NCBI GenBank assembly: GCA_030390025.1
Contig: CM059431.1
Coordinates: 132,000,001-132,064,000, forward strand
Length of the DNA stretch: 64,000 bases
Source of the DNA: Squalus acanthias
Lineage: Eukaryota
Direction of reading: 5' to 3'
The notes below the pieces were generated by a model. It had not been told where the DNA came from. It saw only the letters and a program-made list of their open reading frames with translations, and made no database searches. The position numbers and the translations under genes were made by a program. Below are positions 50,310 through 64,000 of the stretch, in pieces (position 1 is the stretch's first letter; every line of letters starts with the position of its first letter).

Positions 50310-51200
50310 CATGAATGGGAGAATGAAGAAAGGCCACGCAAAGCAGGACAAGCTGCTAGAAGAGGGAGGAGGAGGAGGAGGTGGAGAAGGGCTCTCAGCT
50401 GGAGGACATATCTGCCGAGGGTCTTAAGGGAGCAATTCTCTTACATCAACTTCAGCGAGGACCAATGCATGAGGTGTCTTTGCTTCACAAAAGAGGTCGT
50501 GAGTGAAATTTGCCCACTGCTGCAGCCACAACTACAATCTCAAAGCAGGGCAAGGACAGCATTGCCTGTGGCTGTCAAGGTGACCGTGGCTCTTAATTTT
50601 TAAGCATCTGGCTCCTTCCAGGCTGCTGCTGGAGATATAAGCAACATCTCGCAGTTTGCAGTGCACTGCTGCAAAAGGGACATCATTGAGGCTCTCTATA
50701 CAAAGAGAGACAGCATCATCTCATTCCCTCTTACCAGAGACAAGCAGGCGAAGCGAGCATGAGAGTTTGCAAGTCAATGGCTGGCTACTGGGCGACAAGG
50801 GTTATCCACTGATGACATGGCTCATGACTCCGGTCTGGAACCCACACACACGTGGACAGCAGGCCTACAGTGAGAGCCATACTGCCACAAGGAACATTAT
50901 ATAGCACACCATCGGCGTCCTCAAGCAACGCTTTTACTGCCTGGACCGCTCAGGAGGAGCCCTGCAGTACTCAGCTGAGCGGGTATCAAGAATTGTAGTA
51001 GTATGTTGCATGCTGCACAACCTAGCCATTATGAGGGAACAGCCCTTGCCACCACCTATCAGGCAAGAAGCTGAGGAGCAGGAGGAAGAGGAGGAGGAGG
51101 AAGTGCAACAGGAAGTGGAGGAACAGGAAGAGGAAGCGAGACTACAACGTAGACAGCCCCTTTCTGCCCGGCTCTATGTGATCAAATAATTCATGAGTGA
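50310..51200 (+). pseudogene. Harbinger transposase pseudogene
   Basis: FSEDQCMRCLCFTKEVV..VKVTVALNF*ASGSFQ; GWLLGDKGYPLMTWLMTP; GVLKQRF..DRSGGALQYS..CCMLHNLAI; stops and an internal deletion. Confidence 0.88.
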
Positions 51201-51454
51201 TACCAGTAACCTCAGCCACACCTCTCCATTCACCAGCAGTCCCATGCTCCTTACCTTTCGTATATCACTGTGCATCACATCATCCTCTTTCCGACAACAC
51301 TAAAATAAGAACCCCAGAAAATGCACATTCTAATCTAATTTTATAAATGTAATTATTACATAATGCTTACAAAAATAAACTAATCACCTTTGTGCATTCC
51401 CTTAGTGCCTGTCTTCCGTGTGCCTTTGCCAGTTCTAGTGCTCCTACGAGGTGC

Positions 51455-53210
51455 TATTCCACTGGCTGCAGCATGGCTGGTTGAAGGCTGCTGACTTTCA
51501 GTGGAGGAGACTGCAGATGGCCTTGGAGGACGACCTCAAGTAGCTCTGGGCCTAGAGGGCCTGGCTTCAGTAGTCTAGGCTGGCTGGCTGACAGGCAACA
51601 GCAAGGGCACTGACGGAGTGGCAGAGGTGTGAGCAGGAATGCTGTCATCCTGAGAGAGGACAGCAGATTCGTGTTCCATGGAGCCACTGTCACTGTCCCG
51701 GGATGGCGCCTCAGCAATCCTACTGATTTGTTGGAGAACAGATTGATGCCCCTTTGAACAGTGGTATCCAGAGCCACGATGGCAGCAGCCTCAGCTTCCA
51801 CTACAGCACTCAGACCTTTAATGGAAGCTGTTTATGCTGCAATGGAAGCTGTGATATTGGTCATGAGATACTGTATCATGGTGGGTTCCACAGGTGTGCT
51901 GATGGAGGTGATCCCCAGTTCCATGTTGGCCAGGATGGGCTCCAAGTTCTGCGCAAAGCCCTGTGCCAAGTTGGTGCTGGGACTCCTCCACGCTCCTTGA
52001 CATTGTGCGCAGGCTTTCTGGCAGGCTTTTCAGTGCACCAAGCATTTGGTAATGTACATCCATCAGCCTTTTCTGTTGCCTGGCCCATCAAAGTCCTCAT
52101 CTGACTCCTCTGCAGTAGAACTAGTGTACAACCGCACCCTGCAGCGAGCTGGCACCTGCGCTATTCCTAACCCCCCTCCCCCCCCCCCCCCCCCACCCTG
52201 GCTCCTGCACATTTGTGCCCGGTGTCTCAGCATCCCTCCTCTATCCTAGCCTCTAAAATACACACAGTATCAGTCTCTGAACTGGTGGCTGCGAGTGTAA
52301 GATCGCATGACGGTGTCTCTTCATCTTCATTGTCTTCTTCCTCTTCCTCTTCTGACTTCGAAGGTTCCAATTCTTGGGTATCTGAAAGGAGTAAGGGACA
52401 AGGATTGGGTTGTGGTGAGGAGAGAGGAGAAAGTAAGAAGTGCATGCTTACACCATCTGCAGCTTGTGAGTCAGAAGAGACTGTGGGATGAGGGAGAAGT
52501 GGTATGAGAGAAGGAGTATTAGGTATGCAGACACCCTCATCATCGATCCCTCCAGCTCCACCAGTGGCCACGGCCTCAGCGATGCCCCTTCCCATAATGG
52601 CCAGCACTGTCTCCTCCATGGGGGTTAAAACGTGCCGGCACGCTTATCCCCCTCCAGTTCTTTCCTGCTGCCTCCTGTTATGCACCATCTTCTCCTGCTA
52701 GAAAAAGGGAAGTGTGTCAGTGAATTTTCTGCAATATGTTTGGGTGATGTGGCTGTCATGGTTAAATAGCTGCCAGTGCGTGTGAGTTGTGGGTGCGAGG
52801 CTTGCAACAGTGCTATGTGAGGATGAGGTAAAGCATATGTGTTGTAGGATTGAATACTGGTTGTTAGAGATTATTGGTAGGTGGGTGATAGGGGTGTAGT
52901 GAATTGAGCAGTGGATGAGGCTGGTGGTGCAGTTGGTAGGATATGCCATTTTAAGATGAACTCACTCACCTTGACAACTCGTGTCAGATCATTAATCTTC
53001 TTCCTTCACTGCATCCATGTTCTTGGAGCAACACTTGTGGCATTGATCTCCGCTGTTATTTCCTCCCACTGCCTCCTGAGCATATGTCTGGAGGGTCTCC
53101 TGCCCCCCTGCGATACAGGACGTCTCTCCTTCTCTCCGCTTCTTGCACCAAGACCTCCAGTGCATTGTCAGAAAACTTTGGTGCATGCTCTGTCACATGT
53201 TCAGCCATTC
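51455..53210 (-). pseudogene. Harbinger Myb/SANT-like gene pseudogene (three exons)
   Basis: HAPKFSDNALEVLVQEAERRRDVLY; exon 2 ..TPMEETVLAIMGRGIAEAVATGGAGGIDDE; acidic exon 3. Confidence 0.82.
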
Positions 53211-53849
53211 CGCAAAGTATCACAGCACAAATTAACTTTTCAAAAAGCTCGCACCACTTCTTGCAGCCATAATGCACCTCCTCTTTAAGAGGTGCAGGTT
53301 GCCTTTAAGTAGCTTGTCACACTCGATATCGGGCCCCCTGCTGATGCGTGCAGCCAGTGAACAAGGTGGGTAGCGCTGGCTGCACGCATCAATCATGTAA
53401 AACAGCAAGCAGCAGGAATTTAATGTGCTGCCTGCATTGCAGTAAACGGGTGCCGGTTAATCGTGTACCGCAATCCCCATGCCTGTTTGCGGTGTTTATC
53501 CAATTCAACCCCCACTACAAACGCAAGTTGTTGTTGACTTTTTGATTCATAAAAAAGGGACTCGATAGATAAAGACTGTCTTCCCCATGCTTTGGGCTAT
53601 TTGTGCTGTAGTGAAGGCACTACATTCAGGCTTGTATATGCACATACTCCAGCAGATACACAAAGTGTTTGAACACACTGCCTTACATTCATTGAAACTC
53701 ACTAAAGAGGTGAGAAAGACTTGAGGCAATGTGTCAACATGCCTTAAAGATTTCTGCAGCGCACATTTCTCTTTCTCCCCAGTTTTCTTTACCTATTTTT
53801 CTTCGCTCTCATTTTATGCATTGACAGTGAGTGTTGAGAGGTTATTCAG

Positions 53850-54075
53850 CTTTCAACTACTGTCCACACATGCACAGTTCCAGCAGTGATTACTGCAATC
53901 AGGAGTAGGAATCCTGGGTGAATTTCCCCGCTTTAAACCAGCAGCATGGATTCTAATTGCAGCACTCCTATTGCCACTCGAGATGAATCACCTAACTCAG
54001 CACAGACCAGATATTGATCCTAGGACCTTCCTGGACTTTATGGCTCTGTTATTCATTGGATAAACTCACTGAGCT
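53850..54075 (-). mobile_element. Possible ancient tRNA-derived SINE remnant
   Basis: Minus strand AGCTCAGTGAG..CCAGGAAGGTCCTAGGATCAATATCTGGTCTGTGCTGAGTTAG resembles a degenerate A/B-box SINE head. Confidence 0.4.
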
Positions 54076-54573
54076 GTGGGGTAAGTTGAAAAAGACATTT
54101 TATCATGTATAATCCTCAGTTTGCCAATAAACACTCCTCCTGCAATGTGTAAAAATAGAGTGAGAGATGATTTCAAAGTTTTGGTTGTTCTTGCAATGAG
54201 ATTTCATCAGGATGTTTTGGACCTTTATCTTGGTTCTCCATTAGCCGTAATAAAGCTCCAGATATTATATTTGATTCTTTTGTCCTTCCCATTTTTGACA
54301 TATATTTGTCACGGCTTGACAGGTAGAGTTGTGAATACATTGGTTGATGGTTAATTTTGATTCATCTGTGTGGCTTTGGTTGTCAGCTTCCAATGTCCTA
54401 GGTTTTCTTAGTCGTTGGTACTTTTGTAGTTAATTACATTACTTATTTCTCCAGGATAAAAGGTCCAGATACAATAGAGAAAAACAGTGTAGGTGAAAAG
54501 ATAACCAAGGTTGTGAAGAACAAATCTTGTGTGTGTGTTTGTCTGTCTATTTGGCAGCAGGTCTAGGTCCATT

Positions 54574-55314
54574 GGCCCAGAAATTGATCTCGCTCTGTTC
54601 CCGCGGGGGTAAGGAGCAGGCGCGATCTCTCACTCCGCGTTGGCTTTTTCAGATCCAGCTCGCACGAACTTGATGTTCCAGACATCAGCTGGGCAGTGCT
54701 TGCGTATCCCACCGGCGTAGTGAATTCGTGCGAGCTGTGGGATCACGTGACTCAGTTAGAGCCAATGGCAGCACACCATCTTCCATTCATAAGTTTCACA
54801 TACGTGCTGTGAAAGCTATGAATCTTACACCCCCCCAAAATAACAGCTAAACCTCAATTAAATTTAAAAAAAAACATCACATTAATAAAATAAGTATAGT
54901 TAAATAAATTAACCATTTTAAATAAAAAATTAAATTTTTGAAAAACTTTAAATCTTTTAAAAAGTTATAAAAATAAACTTACCTGTCTTTAAAGTCTCTA
55001 AAAAAGATATACCTGTTAAAAAAAATTCAAAAAAATACTTAATTCACTACTTACCTTGTTAAAAGTGGGTCTTACTCCTCCTTTTTCCATTTCTAAAATC
55101 TTCCGTCCTTACCTGCGCGTCCAAAGCACTAAGTGCACAGCGTGCGTGCAGCCTGTAGCGCGCACGCGATGCACCGAGGAACCGCCCCCTTTTCCAAAGA
55201 CCAAGTGCCGGTTTTCAGCGCATGCGCAGGGCATGCAGAAAACCGGCAATTGGAGAGAGAATACGCGAGAGTACGCAGTGCGTACTCTCGCGCAGCGGGA
55301 TGAATTTTTGGCCC
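54574..55314. mobile_element. MITE family A, copy 2
   Basis: TIRs GGCCCAGAAATT / AATTTTTGGCCC; TSD ATT; long identical stretches with 34332-35070. Confidence 0.9.
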
Positions 55315-57059
55315 ATTATCTCCGTTCCCAATTTCTATCTTTGATAACTGTTCTTCTGAACTCTGGTTTCACCATTTAATCTTGTATTTCAAGCCATTTG
55401 TACTTGTTAAGTGGTTAACAAATACAGAAGCTCTGGTCACCCCATGTATTTGCAGTGCAGTTAATCACAGCCTATTTTAAGTATTTTTACAGAAATGTTT
55501 TTTAGCTTGCATTCATCATTTCTTTGTAAGCATTCTTGTGGTCTGTAGTGCAATGCCAACTAAAGACCAGAATGGAGCTTAATGCAAGCAATGTGTATCT
55601 GGGTTAAATTTGTCACTTTGTACATTTAAGCAGTGTTGAATGTTCTGCTAACAGATAAAGGAAATAGTCATTGGCCTGGAATTTCCTCAGAGCTGCTTTT
55701 GTTTCTCCATCGTAACTTTGCCGGACGTGCGGCACAAACTCTGCTTACTTCTGTCTTGGCTCTGCCGAGGAGCTGCTGGATTTCCTGCCCTACCCTGAAA
55801 GTCAAGCTGCCTGTCATTGCCAAAAGTATTGCAATGAGGCCTGACCATAAAAGTGGTTTGGTCCTCTCGCAGGCACTATCAGGTGAGCAGTGTGAAAGCA
55901 TGGCTGGTCTGTTGCAGATTCAAATGTCACTATTTTCCTTTTTTCAATAAAAAAATCTTGCAAATGTGAAATATGAAAGTGGTGAAAATAAACCAGAATG
56001 CATAATTTTTAATGTAAAAAGTTTGAGAATTTCCAATGAAGCATACCCTTGAAATCCTAGAAATACACCACTAATTTTATCTCCAACATCTGCATATTCC
56101 CTTTCAGGCCTTGTGTTTTCTTCCCTCCAGTACAATTGAGGCAATGTTGGGTATACCTACAGCTTACATTACAAAGCCCATGTCATAACTTTTCATATGT
56201 CCTTGGTTTATAATGAGAACAGTTCTTCAGTTATTAGATTTTTGGGGGCTGTGCCAGCTTTTGCTAGTTTTCTAGTTTGACAATTAGTGGACGTGTTGGC
56301 GTTAACGCTATTTGCCCGCTATGAGCAGTGGACAGTAAAACCACAAAGTGTCAAATAAAGACAGTGTCAGTTTAGCTTCCAGCTTGACCTTGTAATGGAC
56401 TTCTATGGTGATGAAAAATGGTTATCATTAATTTCCCAATATATACAGTTACCCGCCATCAGCATGGGCAGCATAAGTGGTGGGTCTATATGGGAAAGAC
56501 ACTGCACAAACTTGATGGTTCAAATGATCTGTTTCCGTGCTGTAACATTCTATGATTAAGTTAGCACAATGTGGAGCCTGAGTCTAATGGCAACAGCATC
56601 TTTGTACTGACTTTAAAGATCCCAAGTGAAATGAATAACGACAGTCTTACACTAGTATTTAATGAGCAATGACTCCTAGCAGAAATCACCTGTGTTCTAC
56701 ATTCTTATGGCATCTGTAAACACTGTCCTGCAATATAATGGGGTGGTTTCTACAAGAGCTGGTAAAAATCACTTTCAATATAGTCGGAACATTACTCAAA
56801 GGGTGGTTCGTGGAGAAAGTGTAAAAATTCATGTTTGTGTAGTGAGGTTAATATGGATTTAAGACACACTGTTGGGGCAGAATAGAAGAAGCTTTATGAC
56901 CCTTTTCTTTGGCACTGCTGCCATTGATGGCTTTCACTGGTGCCTCTAAAAGGTGCAGTGTCTCAGAGAATACATGCAAACAGTGCCATGGGAGGGTGAA
57001 GCCACCATTTCTTCTGGCCCTGGGTAGGTTGTATATGGTATGGGAAGGTCCAGTGGTCA

Positions 57060-57298
57060 AACAAGAAAAACAACAACTTTATATTTATAGAGTGCTTTTA
57101 ATGTAGAAAGCGCTTCGCAGAGGTGTAATCAAAAAATGGACACTGAGCCAAAGAAGAAGGCGTGACCAAAGCTTTGGTGAATTTTAACGAGAGTTTTAAT
57201 GGAAGAGAGGGAGGTGGAGGGGTTTATGGAAGGAATTCCAGAGTACTGGTCCTGGGTGACTGACGGCACGGCGACCAATGATGGGGCAGAGGGAGGAC
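57060..57298 (-). mobile_element. Old L2 LINE 3' end (piece 1 of 3)
   Basis: Homologous to 42985-43260; continues at 60594. Confidence 0.75.
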
Positions 57299-60200
57299 CT
57301 GTTACAACGGTACAGGGTGCTGGTGAGACCACACCTGGAGTACTGTGTACAGTTTTGGTCTCCTTATTCAAGGAAGGATATACTTGCATTAGAGGCAGTT
57401 CAGAGAAGGTTCACGAGGTTGATTCTGGAGATGAGGGGGTTGTCTTATGAAGAAAGGTTGAGCAGGTTGGGCCGATACTCATTGGAGTTTAGAAGAATGA
57501 GAGGGGATCTTATTGAAACATATAAGATTCTGAAGGGGCTTGACATAGAAACATAGAAACATAGAAAATAGGTACAGGAGTAGACCATTCGGTCCTTCGA
57601 GCCTGCACCGCCATTCAATGCGTTCATGGCTGAACATGCTACCTCAGTACCCCATTCCTGCTTTCTCGCCATACCCCTTGATCCCCCTAGTTGTGAGTGT
57701 TATATCTAACTCCCTTTTGAATATATTTAGCGAACTGGCCTCAACAACCTTCTGTGGAAGAGAATTCCATAGATTCACCACTCTCTGGGTGAAGAAGTTC
57801 CTCCTCAGCTCAGTCTTAAATGGCTTCCCCTTAATCCTTAGACTGTGACCCCTGGTTCTAGTTTTCCCTAACATTGGGAACATTCTGCCCACATCTAATT
57901 TGTCTAAACCAGTCAGGATTTTAAATGTCTCTAAGATCCCCCCTCATTCTTCTGAACTCCAGAGGATACAAGTTCAGTTGACCCAATCTTTCTTGATATG
58001 TCAGACCGGCCATCCCAGGAATCAATCTAGTGAACCTTCGCTGCACTCCCTCAATAGCAAGAATGTCCTTCCTTAAGTTAGGAGACCAAAACTGCGCACA
58101 ATACTCCAGGTGTGGCCTCACCAAGGCCCTGTACAACTGCAGCATCACCTCCCTACTCCTGTACTCAAATCCCCTTACTATGAAGGCCATCATTCCGTTT
58201 GCTTTCTTGACTGCCTGCTGCACTTGCATTCCCACCTTCAGTGACTGATGTACCATGACGCCCAGGTCTCATTGCACCTCCCCTTTCCCTAATCTGCCAC
58301 CATTCAGGTAATAGTCCGCCTCTCTATTTTTACCACCAAAGTGGATAACCTCACATTTATCCACATTGTACTTCATCTGCCATACATTTGCCCATTCACC
58401 CAACCTGTCCAAGTCACTCTGTAGCCTCCTAGCATCCTCCTCATTGTTTACACTGCCTCCCAATTTAGTGTCATCCGCAAATTTGGAGATATTACATTTA
58501 ATCCCTTCGTCCAAATCATTAATATATAATGTAAACAGCTGGGGTCCCAGCACCGAACCCTGCGGTACCCCGCTGGTCACTGCCTGCCATTCTGAAAAGT
58601 ACCCATTTACTCCTACTCTTTGTTTCCTGTGTGCCAACCAGTTCTGAATCCACGTCAACACATTACCCCCAATCCCATGTGCTTTAACTTTGCTCACCAA
58701 TCTCTTGTGTGGGACCTTGTCGAAGGCCTTCTGAAAGTCCAAATACACCACATCTACTGGTTCCCCCCTGTCCACCCTATTGGAAACATCCTCAAAAAAT
58801 TCCAGAAGATTTGTCAAGCATGATTTCCCTTTCACAAATCCATGCTGACTTGGACCTATCATGTCACCACTTTCCAAATGGTCTGTTATGACATCTTTAA
58901 TAATTGCTTCCATCATTTTACCCACAAAAGAGGGGTTACATTGGCCACCCTCCACTCCATCGGAACTGATCCAGAGTCTAAGGAATGTTGGAAAATGATC
59001 GTCAATGCATCCACTATTTCCAAGGCCACCTCCTTAAGTACTCTGGGATGCAGACCATCAGGCCCCGGGGATTTTTCAGCCTTCAGTCCCATCAATTTTC
59101 CCAATACCTTTTCCCGTCTAATAAGGATTTCCCTCAGCTCCTCCCTCTTACCAGATCCTCTGACCCCTTTTATTTCCGGCAGGTTGTGTGTGTCCTCCAC
59201 AGTAAACACCGAACCAAAGTACTTGTTCAATTGATCTGCCATTTCCTTGTTCCCCATTACGACTTCCCCTGTTTCCGACTGCAGGGGACCTACGTTTGTT
59301 TTTACTAACCTCTTTCTTTTTACATATTTATAGAAGCTTTTGCAGTCCATTTTAATGTTCTCTGCAAGCTTCCTTTCATATTTTATTTTCCCTGCCCTAA
59401 TCAAACCCTTCGTCCTCCTCTGCTGAGTTTTGAAGTTCTCCCAGTCCCCGGGTTTGCTGCTACATCTGGCCAATTTGTATGCAACTTCCTTGGTTTTAAT
59501 ACTATCCCTGATTTCCCTTGTTAGCCATGGTTGAGCCACCTTCCCTTTTTTACTTTTACGCCAGACCGGGATGTACAATTGTTGTAGTTCATCCATGCGA
59601 TCTCTAAATGTCTGCCATTGCCCTTCCACTGACAGCCCCTTAAATATCGCTTGCCAATTTAACCTCACCAATTCACGCCTCATACCCTCAAAGTTGCCCT
59701 TATTTAAGTTCTGGACCATGGTCTCTGAATTAACTGTTTCCTTCTCCATCCTAATGTAGAACTTCACCATACTATGGTCACTCTTCCCCAGGGGGCCTCG
59801 TACCACAAGATTGCTGATTAGTCCTTCCTCATTACACAACACCCAGTCCAGGATGGCCTCCCCTCGAGTTGGTTCCTCAACATATTGGTTTAGGAAACCA
59901 TCCCTTAAACACTCCAGGAAATCCTCCTCCACCGTATTGCTTCCAGTTTGAGTAGCCCAATCTATATGCATATTAAAGTCACCCATGATAACTGCCGTGC
60001 CTTTTTTGCACGCACCTCTGATTTCCTGTTTCATACCCTCCCCCACCTCACTACTGCTGTTTGGAGGTCTGTACACAACTCCCACTAACGTTTTCTGCCC
60101 TTTGGTGTTCTGCAGCTCAACCCATATTGATTCCACATCCTCCAAGCTGATGTCCTTCCTTGCTATTGCATTAATCTCCTCTTTAACCAGCAATGCTACC

Positions 60201-60593
60201 CCACCCCCTTTTCCTTTTATTCTATCCTTTCTAAATGTAGATGCAGATGCAGAGAGGATGTTTCCCCTCGTGGGGGAATCTAAAACTAGGGGGCATCATT
60301 TCAGAATAAGGGGGCACCCATTTAAATCGGAAATGAGGAGAAATTTCTTCTCTCAGAGGGTCGTGAATCTTTGGAATTCTCTTCTCCAGAGAGCTGTGGA
60401 GGCTGCGTCATTGAATATATTTAAGGTGGAGATAGACAGATTTTTGAATGGTAAGGGAGTCAAGGGTTATGGGGAGCGGGTAGGGAAGTGGAGTTGAGGC
60501 CAAGATCAGATCAGCCATGATCTTATTGAATGGCGGAGCAGGCTCTAGGGGCTAAATGACCTACTCCTGCACTTACGTCTTATGTTCTTATGT
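57299..60593 (+). mobile_element. CR1 3' fragment (57299-57545 plus 60237-60593) split by a younger antisense CR1
   Basis: RPHLEYC..YKILKGLD | DAERMFPLVGESKTRGH..GKWS*, then the 3' tail. Confidence 0.85.
57544..60238 (-). mobile_element. CR1/HER1 LINE (partial APE plus RT), 5'-truncated
   Basis: ORFs 58913-60193, 58269-58955, 57921-58256, 57644-57892; YRPPN, MGDFN, SDH, FADD; (CATAGAAA)n tail. Confidence 0.95.
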
Positions 60594-61154
60594 AGGACAG
60601 GATGCACAAGATGCCAAAGTCAGAAGAGAGTTCAGGGAGAGGAGCTGTAGGGCCAGAGAAAATTACAGAGATAGGGAGGGTGAGGCCATGAAGGAGCTTA
60701 AACACAAAAATGGGAATTTTAAATTTGAGGCTTTGGGAACGGGAATGTAGTTCAGTGAAGACAGGAGTAGTGGGTGAGTGGGACTTGGTGCGAGATAGGA
60801 TATGGGCAGCAGAGTTTTGGATGAGCTGAAGTTTACGAAGGATGTAGGATGTGAGGCTGGCTCAAAGAGTGCTGGAATAGTTCAATCTGGAGGTGACAAA
60901 GGCATGGAAAGGTTAAGGTAGGGCAGAGGCCGGTAATGTTACAGAGGTGGAAGTAGGTGGTCTTTGTGATGGAAAGCATGTGGCGGTTGGAAGCTCAGCT
61001 CAGGGTTGAATAGGATGCAGAGGTTGCGAACCATTTGGTTCAACCGGAGACAGTGACTGGGAAGAGGCATGGAATCAGTGGAAAGGGTTTGGAGTTCCTG
61101 GAAAATGCCGAAGACAATGGCTTTGGTCTTTCCAATATTTAGTTGAAGGAAATT
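60594..61154 (-). mobile_element. Old L2 LINE (piece 2 of 3)
   Basis: Aligns with 43275-43850 of the other L2 copy. Confidence 0.75.
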
Positions 61155-63960
61155 GAGTATGATATTGTTGCTATCACAGAGACATGGTTGAGGGAGGGGC
61201 AGGACTGGCAGCTCAATATTCCAGGGTATAGAATCTTCAGGCGAGACAGAGGGGGGTGTAAAAGAGGAGGGGGTGTCGCAATATTAATCAAGGAGTCAAT
61301 TACTGCTGTAAGGAGGGATGATATCTTAGCAGGTTTCTCTAATGAGGCCATATGGGTAGAACTTAAAAACAAAAAGGGGGCAAGCACTTTGCTGGGAGTG
61401 TACTATAGGCCCCCAAACAGTCAGGGGGAGATAGAGGAACAGATATGTAGGCAAACCTCAGAAGTGTAGAAATAATAGGGTAATAATAGGAGGGGATTTC
61501 AACTTCCCCAATATTAACTGGGATAGTCAGAGTGTGAAAGGCTTAGAGGGTGCGGAATTCTTAAAGTGCATCCAGGAGAGCTTTTTGAGCCAGCATGTAG
61601 AAAGTCCTACAAGAGAGGGGGCGGTACTGGACCTAATTCTAGGGAATGTAGCCGGGCAAGTGGTACAAGTGTCAGTAGGAGAGCATTTTGGTGACAGTGA
61701 CCATAATTCGGTGAGATTTAAGGTAGTCATGGAAAAGGACAAAGATGGACCGGAAATAAAGGTTCTAAATTGGGGGAAGGCTGATTTTAATATGATAAGG
61801 CAGGATCTGGCCAAAGTGGACTGGGATCAGCTACTTCTAGGAAAATCCACATCAAAGCAATGGGAGTCTTTCAGAAAGGAAATAGAGAGAGTACAACGCC
61901 AACATGTTCCCGTAAAGGTCAAGGGTGGGACCAACAAGCCCAGGGAACCCTGGATGTCAAGGGATATACAAGAATGGATTAGGAAACAAAGGGAGGCTTT
62001 TGGCAGATACAAAGGACTAAAAACAGTGGAAGCCCTAAAGGAGTATAGAAAGTGCAGGGGGGTAATTAAAAAAGAAATTAGGAGAACGAAGAGAGGGCAT
62101 GAAAAAATACTGGTGGGCAAAATAAAGGAAAATCCCAAGCTGTTTTATAAGTATATTAAGGGCAAGAGGATAACCAGGGAAAGAGTAGGGCCCATTTGGG
62201 ACCAAAGTGGCAATCTGTGTGTAGAGCCGGAAGATGTAAGTGAGGTTTTAAATGAATATTTTGCATCTGTGTTCACTATGGAGAAGGGTGATGTAGGCAT
62301 AGAAATCAGGCAGGGGGATTGTGATATACTTGAACAAATTAGTATTGAGAGGGAGGAGGTACTAGCGGTTTTAGCGGGCTTAAAAGTGGATAAATCCCCA
62401 GGCCCTGACGGGGTGTAACCCAGGCTGCTGTGTGAGGCAAGGGAGGAGATTGCAGGGGCTCTGACACAAATTTTCAGAACCTCTCTGGCCACAGGGGAGG
62501 TGCCAGAGGACTGGAGAACAACTAACGTAGTACCATTGTTCAAGAAGGGTAGTAGGGATAAACCAGGGAATTACAGGCCAGTGAGCCTAACATCAGTGCT
62601 AGGGAAATTATTGGAAAAAATTCTGAGGGACAGAATTAGTCTCCACTTGGAGAGGCAGGGATTAATTAGGGATAGTCAGCATGGCTTTATCAGGGGGAGA
62701 TCATGTCTGACCAATTTGATTGAATTTTTCGAGGGGGTGACTAGGTGTGTGGATGAGGGTAGTGCAGTTGATGTAGTCTACATGGACTTCAGTAAGGCTT
62801 TTGACAAAGTCCCACATGGGAGACTGGTCAAGAAGTTAAGAGCCCATGGGATCCAGGGCAATTTGGCACATTGGATCCAAAATTGGCTTAGTGGCAGGAG
62901 GCAGAGGGTGATGGTCGAAGGTTGTTTTTGTGACTGGAAGCCTGTGTCCAGTGGTGTACCGCAGGGATCGGTGCTGGGTCCTTTGCTGTTTGTAGTGTAC
63001 ATTAATGATTTAGATATGAATGTAGGAGGTATGATCAGTAAGTTCGCAGATGACAAAGTTGGTGGAGTGGTAAATAGCGAGGAGGGAAGCCTCAGGCTAC
63101 AGGACGATATAGACGGAATGGTTAGATGGGCAGAACAGTGGCAAATGGAATTTAACCCTGAAAAGTGTGAGGTGATGCATTTTGGGAGGACAAACAAGGC
63201 AAGGGAATACACAATGAATGGTAGGATCCTAGGAAGGACAGAGGATCAGAGGGACCTTGGTGTGCATGTACATAGATCCCTGAAGGCAGCAGGACAGGTA
63301 GATAAGGTGGTTAAAAAGGCATATGGGATACTTGCCTTCATTAGCCGAGGCATAGAATATAAGAGCAGGGAGGTTATGATGGAGCTGTACAAAACGTTAG
63401 TTAGGCCACAGCTGGAATACTGTGTGCAGTTCTGGTCACCACACTATAGGAGGGATGTGATTGCATTGGAGAGGGTGCAGAGGAGATTCACCAGGATGTT
63501 ACCTGGGCTGGAGCGCTTCAGCTATGAAGAGAGATTGGACAAGCTGGGGTTGTTTTCCTTAGAGCAGAGAAGGTTGAGGGGGGACCTGATTGAGGTGTAC
63601 AAAATTATGAGCAGCATAGATAGGGTAGATAGAAAGGAACTTTTCCCCTTAGTAGAGTGGTCAATAACCAGGGGGCATAGTTTCAAGGTAAGGGGCAGGA
63701 GGTTTAGAGGGGATTTGACGAAAAACTTTTTCATCCAGAGGGTGGTTGGAATCTGGAACTCACTGCCTGAAAGGGTGGAAGAGGCAGCAACCCTCACAAC
63801 ATTCAAGAAGCATTTAGATGAGCACTTGAAACGCCATAGCATACAAGGCTACGGACCAAGTGCTGGAAAATGGGATTAGAATAGACGGGGCTTGATGGCC
63901 GGCGCGGACACGATGGGCCGAAGGGCCTCTTTCTGTGCTGTATAACTCTATGACTCTATG
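61155..63960 (+). mobile_element. CR1/HER1 LINE, nearly complete ORF2 (APE plus RT), inactivated
   Basis: YDIVAITETW, GGGVAILIK, YRPPN, SDH, RT motifs; frameshift near 61465, stop at 62416-18; (GACTCTAT)n tail. Confidence 0.95.
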
Positions 63961-64000
63961 AAACTGTGGTTCATCCAAACCTGGCTGTCAAACACCAGTC
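63961..64000 (-). mobile_element. Old L2 LINE (piece 3, resumes after the CR1)
   Basis: AAACTGTGGTTCATCCAAACCTGGCTGTCAAACA matches 43848-43885. Confidence 0.6.

Larger units (their letters stand above)
49848..53513. mobile_element. Second decayed two-gene PIF/Harbinger element
   Basis: Same convergent transposase (+) / Myb (-) layout as 29070-32636; TIRs degenerate; boundaries approximate. Confidence 0.85.

Overview
Vertebrate genomic DNA, very probably from a shark or other elasmobranch: it carries HE1-type V-SINE, SacSINE1-type DeuSINE, HER1/CR1 and Penelope repeats. Only one host coding exon is evident, a 166-bp glypican exon at 45393-45558 (+) that best matches GPC6 exon 4, so the rest is inferred to be giant introns. 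These are packed with CR1, L2, RTE and Penelope retroelements, SINEs and many PIF/Harbinger-type DNA transposons. The Harbingers include two decayed two-gene elements (transposase plus a spliced Myb/SANT gene) and several MITEs with 3-bp TSDs; there is also a Tc1/mariner MITE and a piggyBac-like element carrying a C-rich minisatellite. The most striking structure is a ~10.6-kb, apparently indel-free array of about 440 copies of a 24-bp unit (9917-20492). It has a readable variant code and higher-order duplications, and it produces the >3,000-aa ORFs. A minimal hammerhead ribozyme motif lies in the Penelope element (39927-39963, minus strand). Family names come from remembered motifs, not database searches; boundaries of old repeats are approximate, and identity figures are by-eye estimates.
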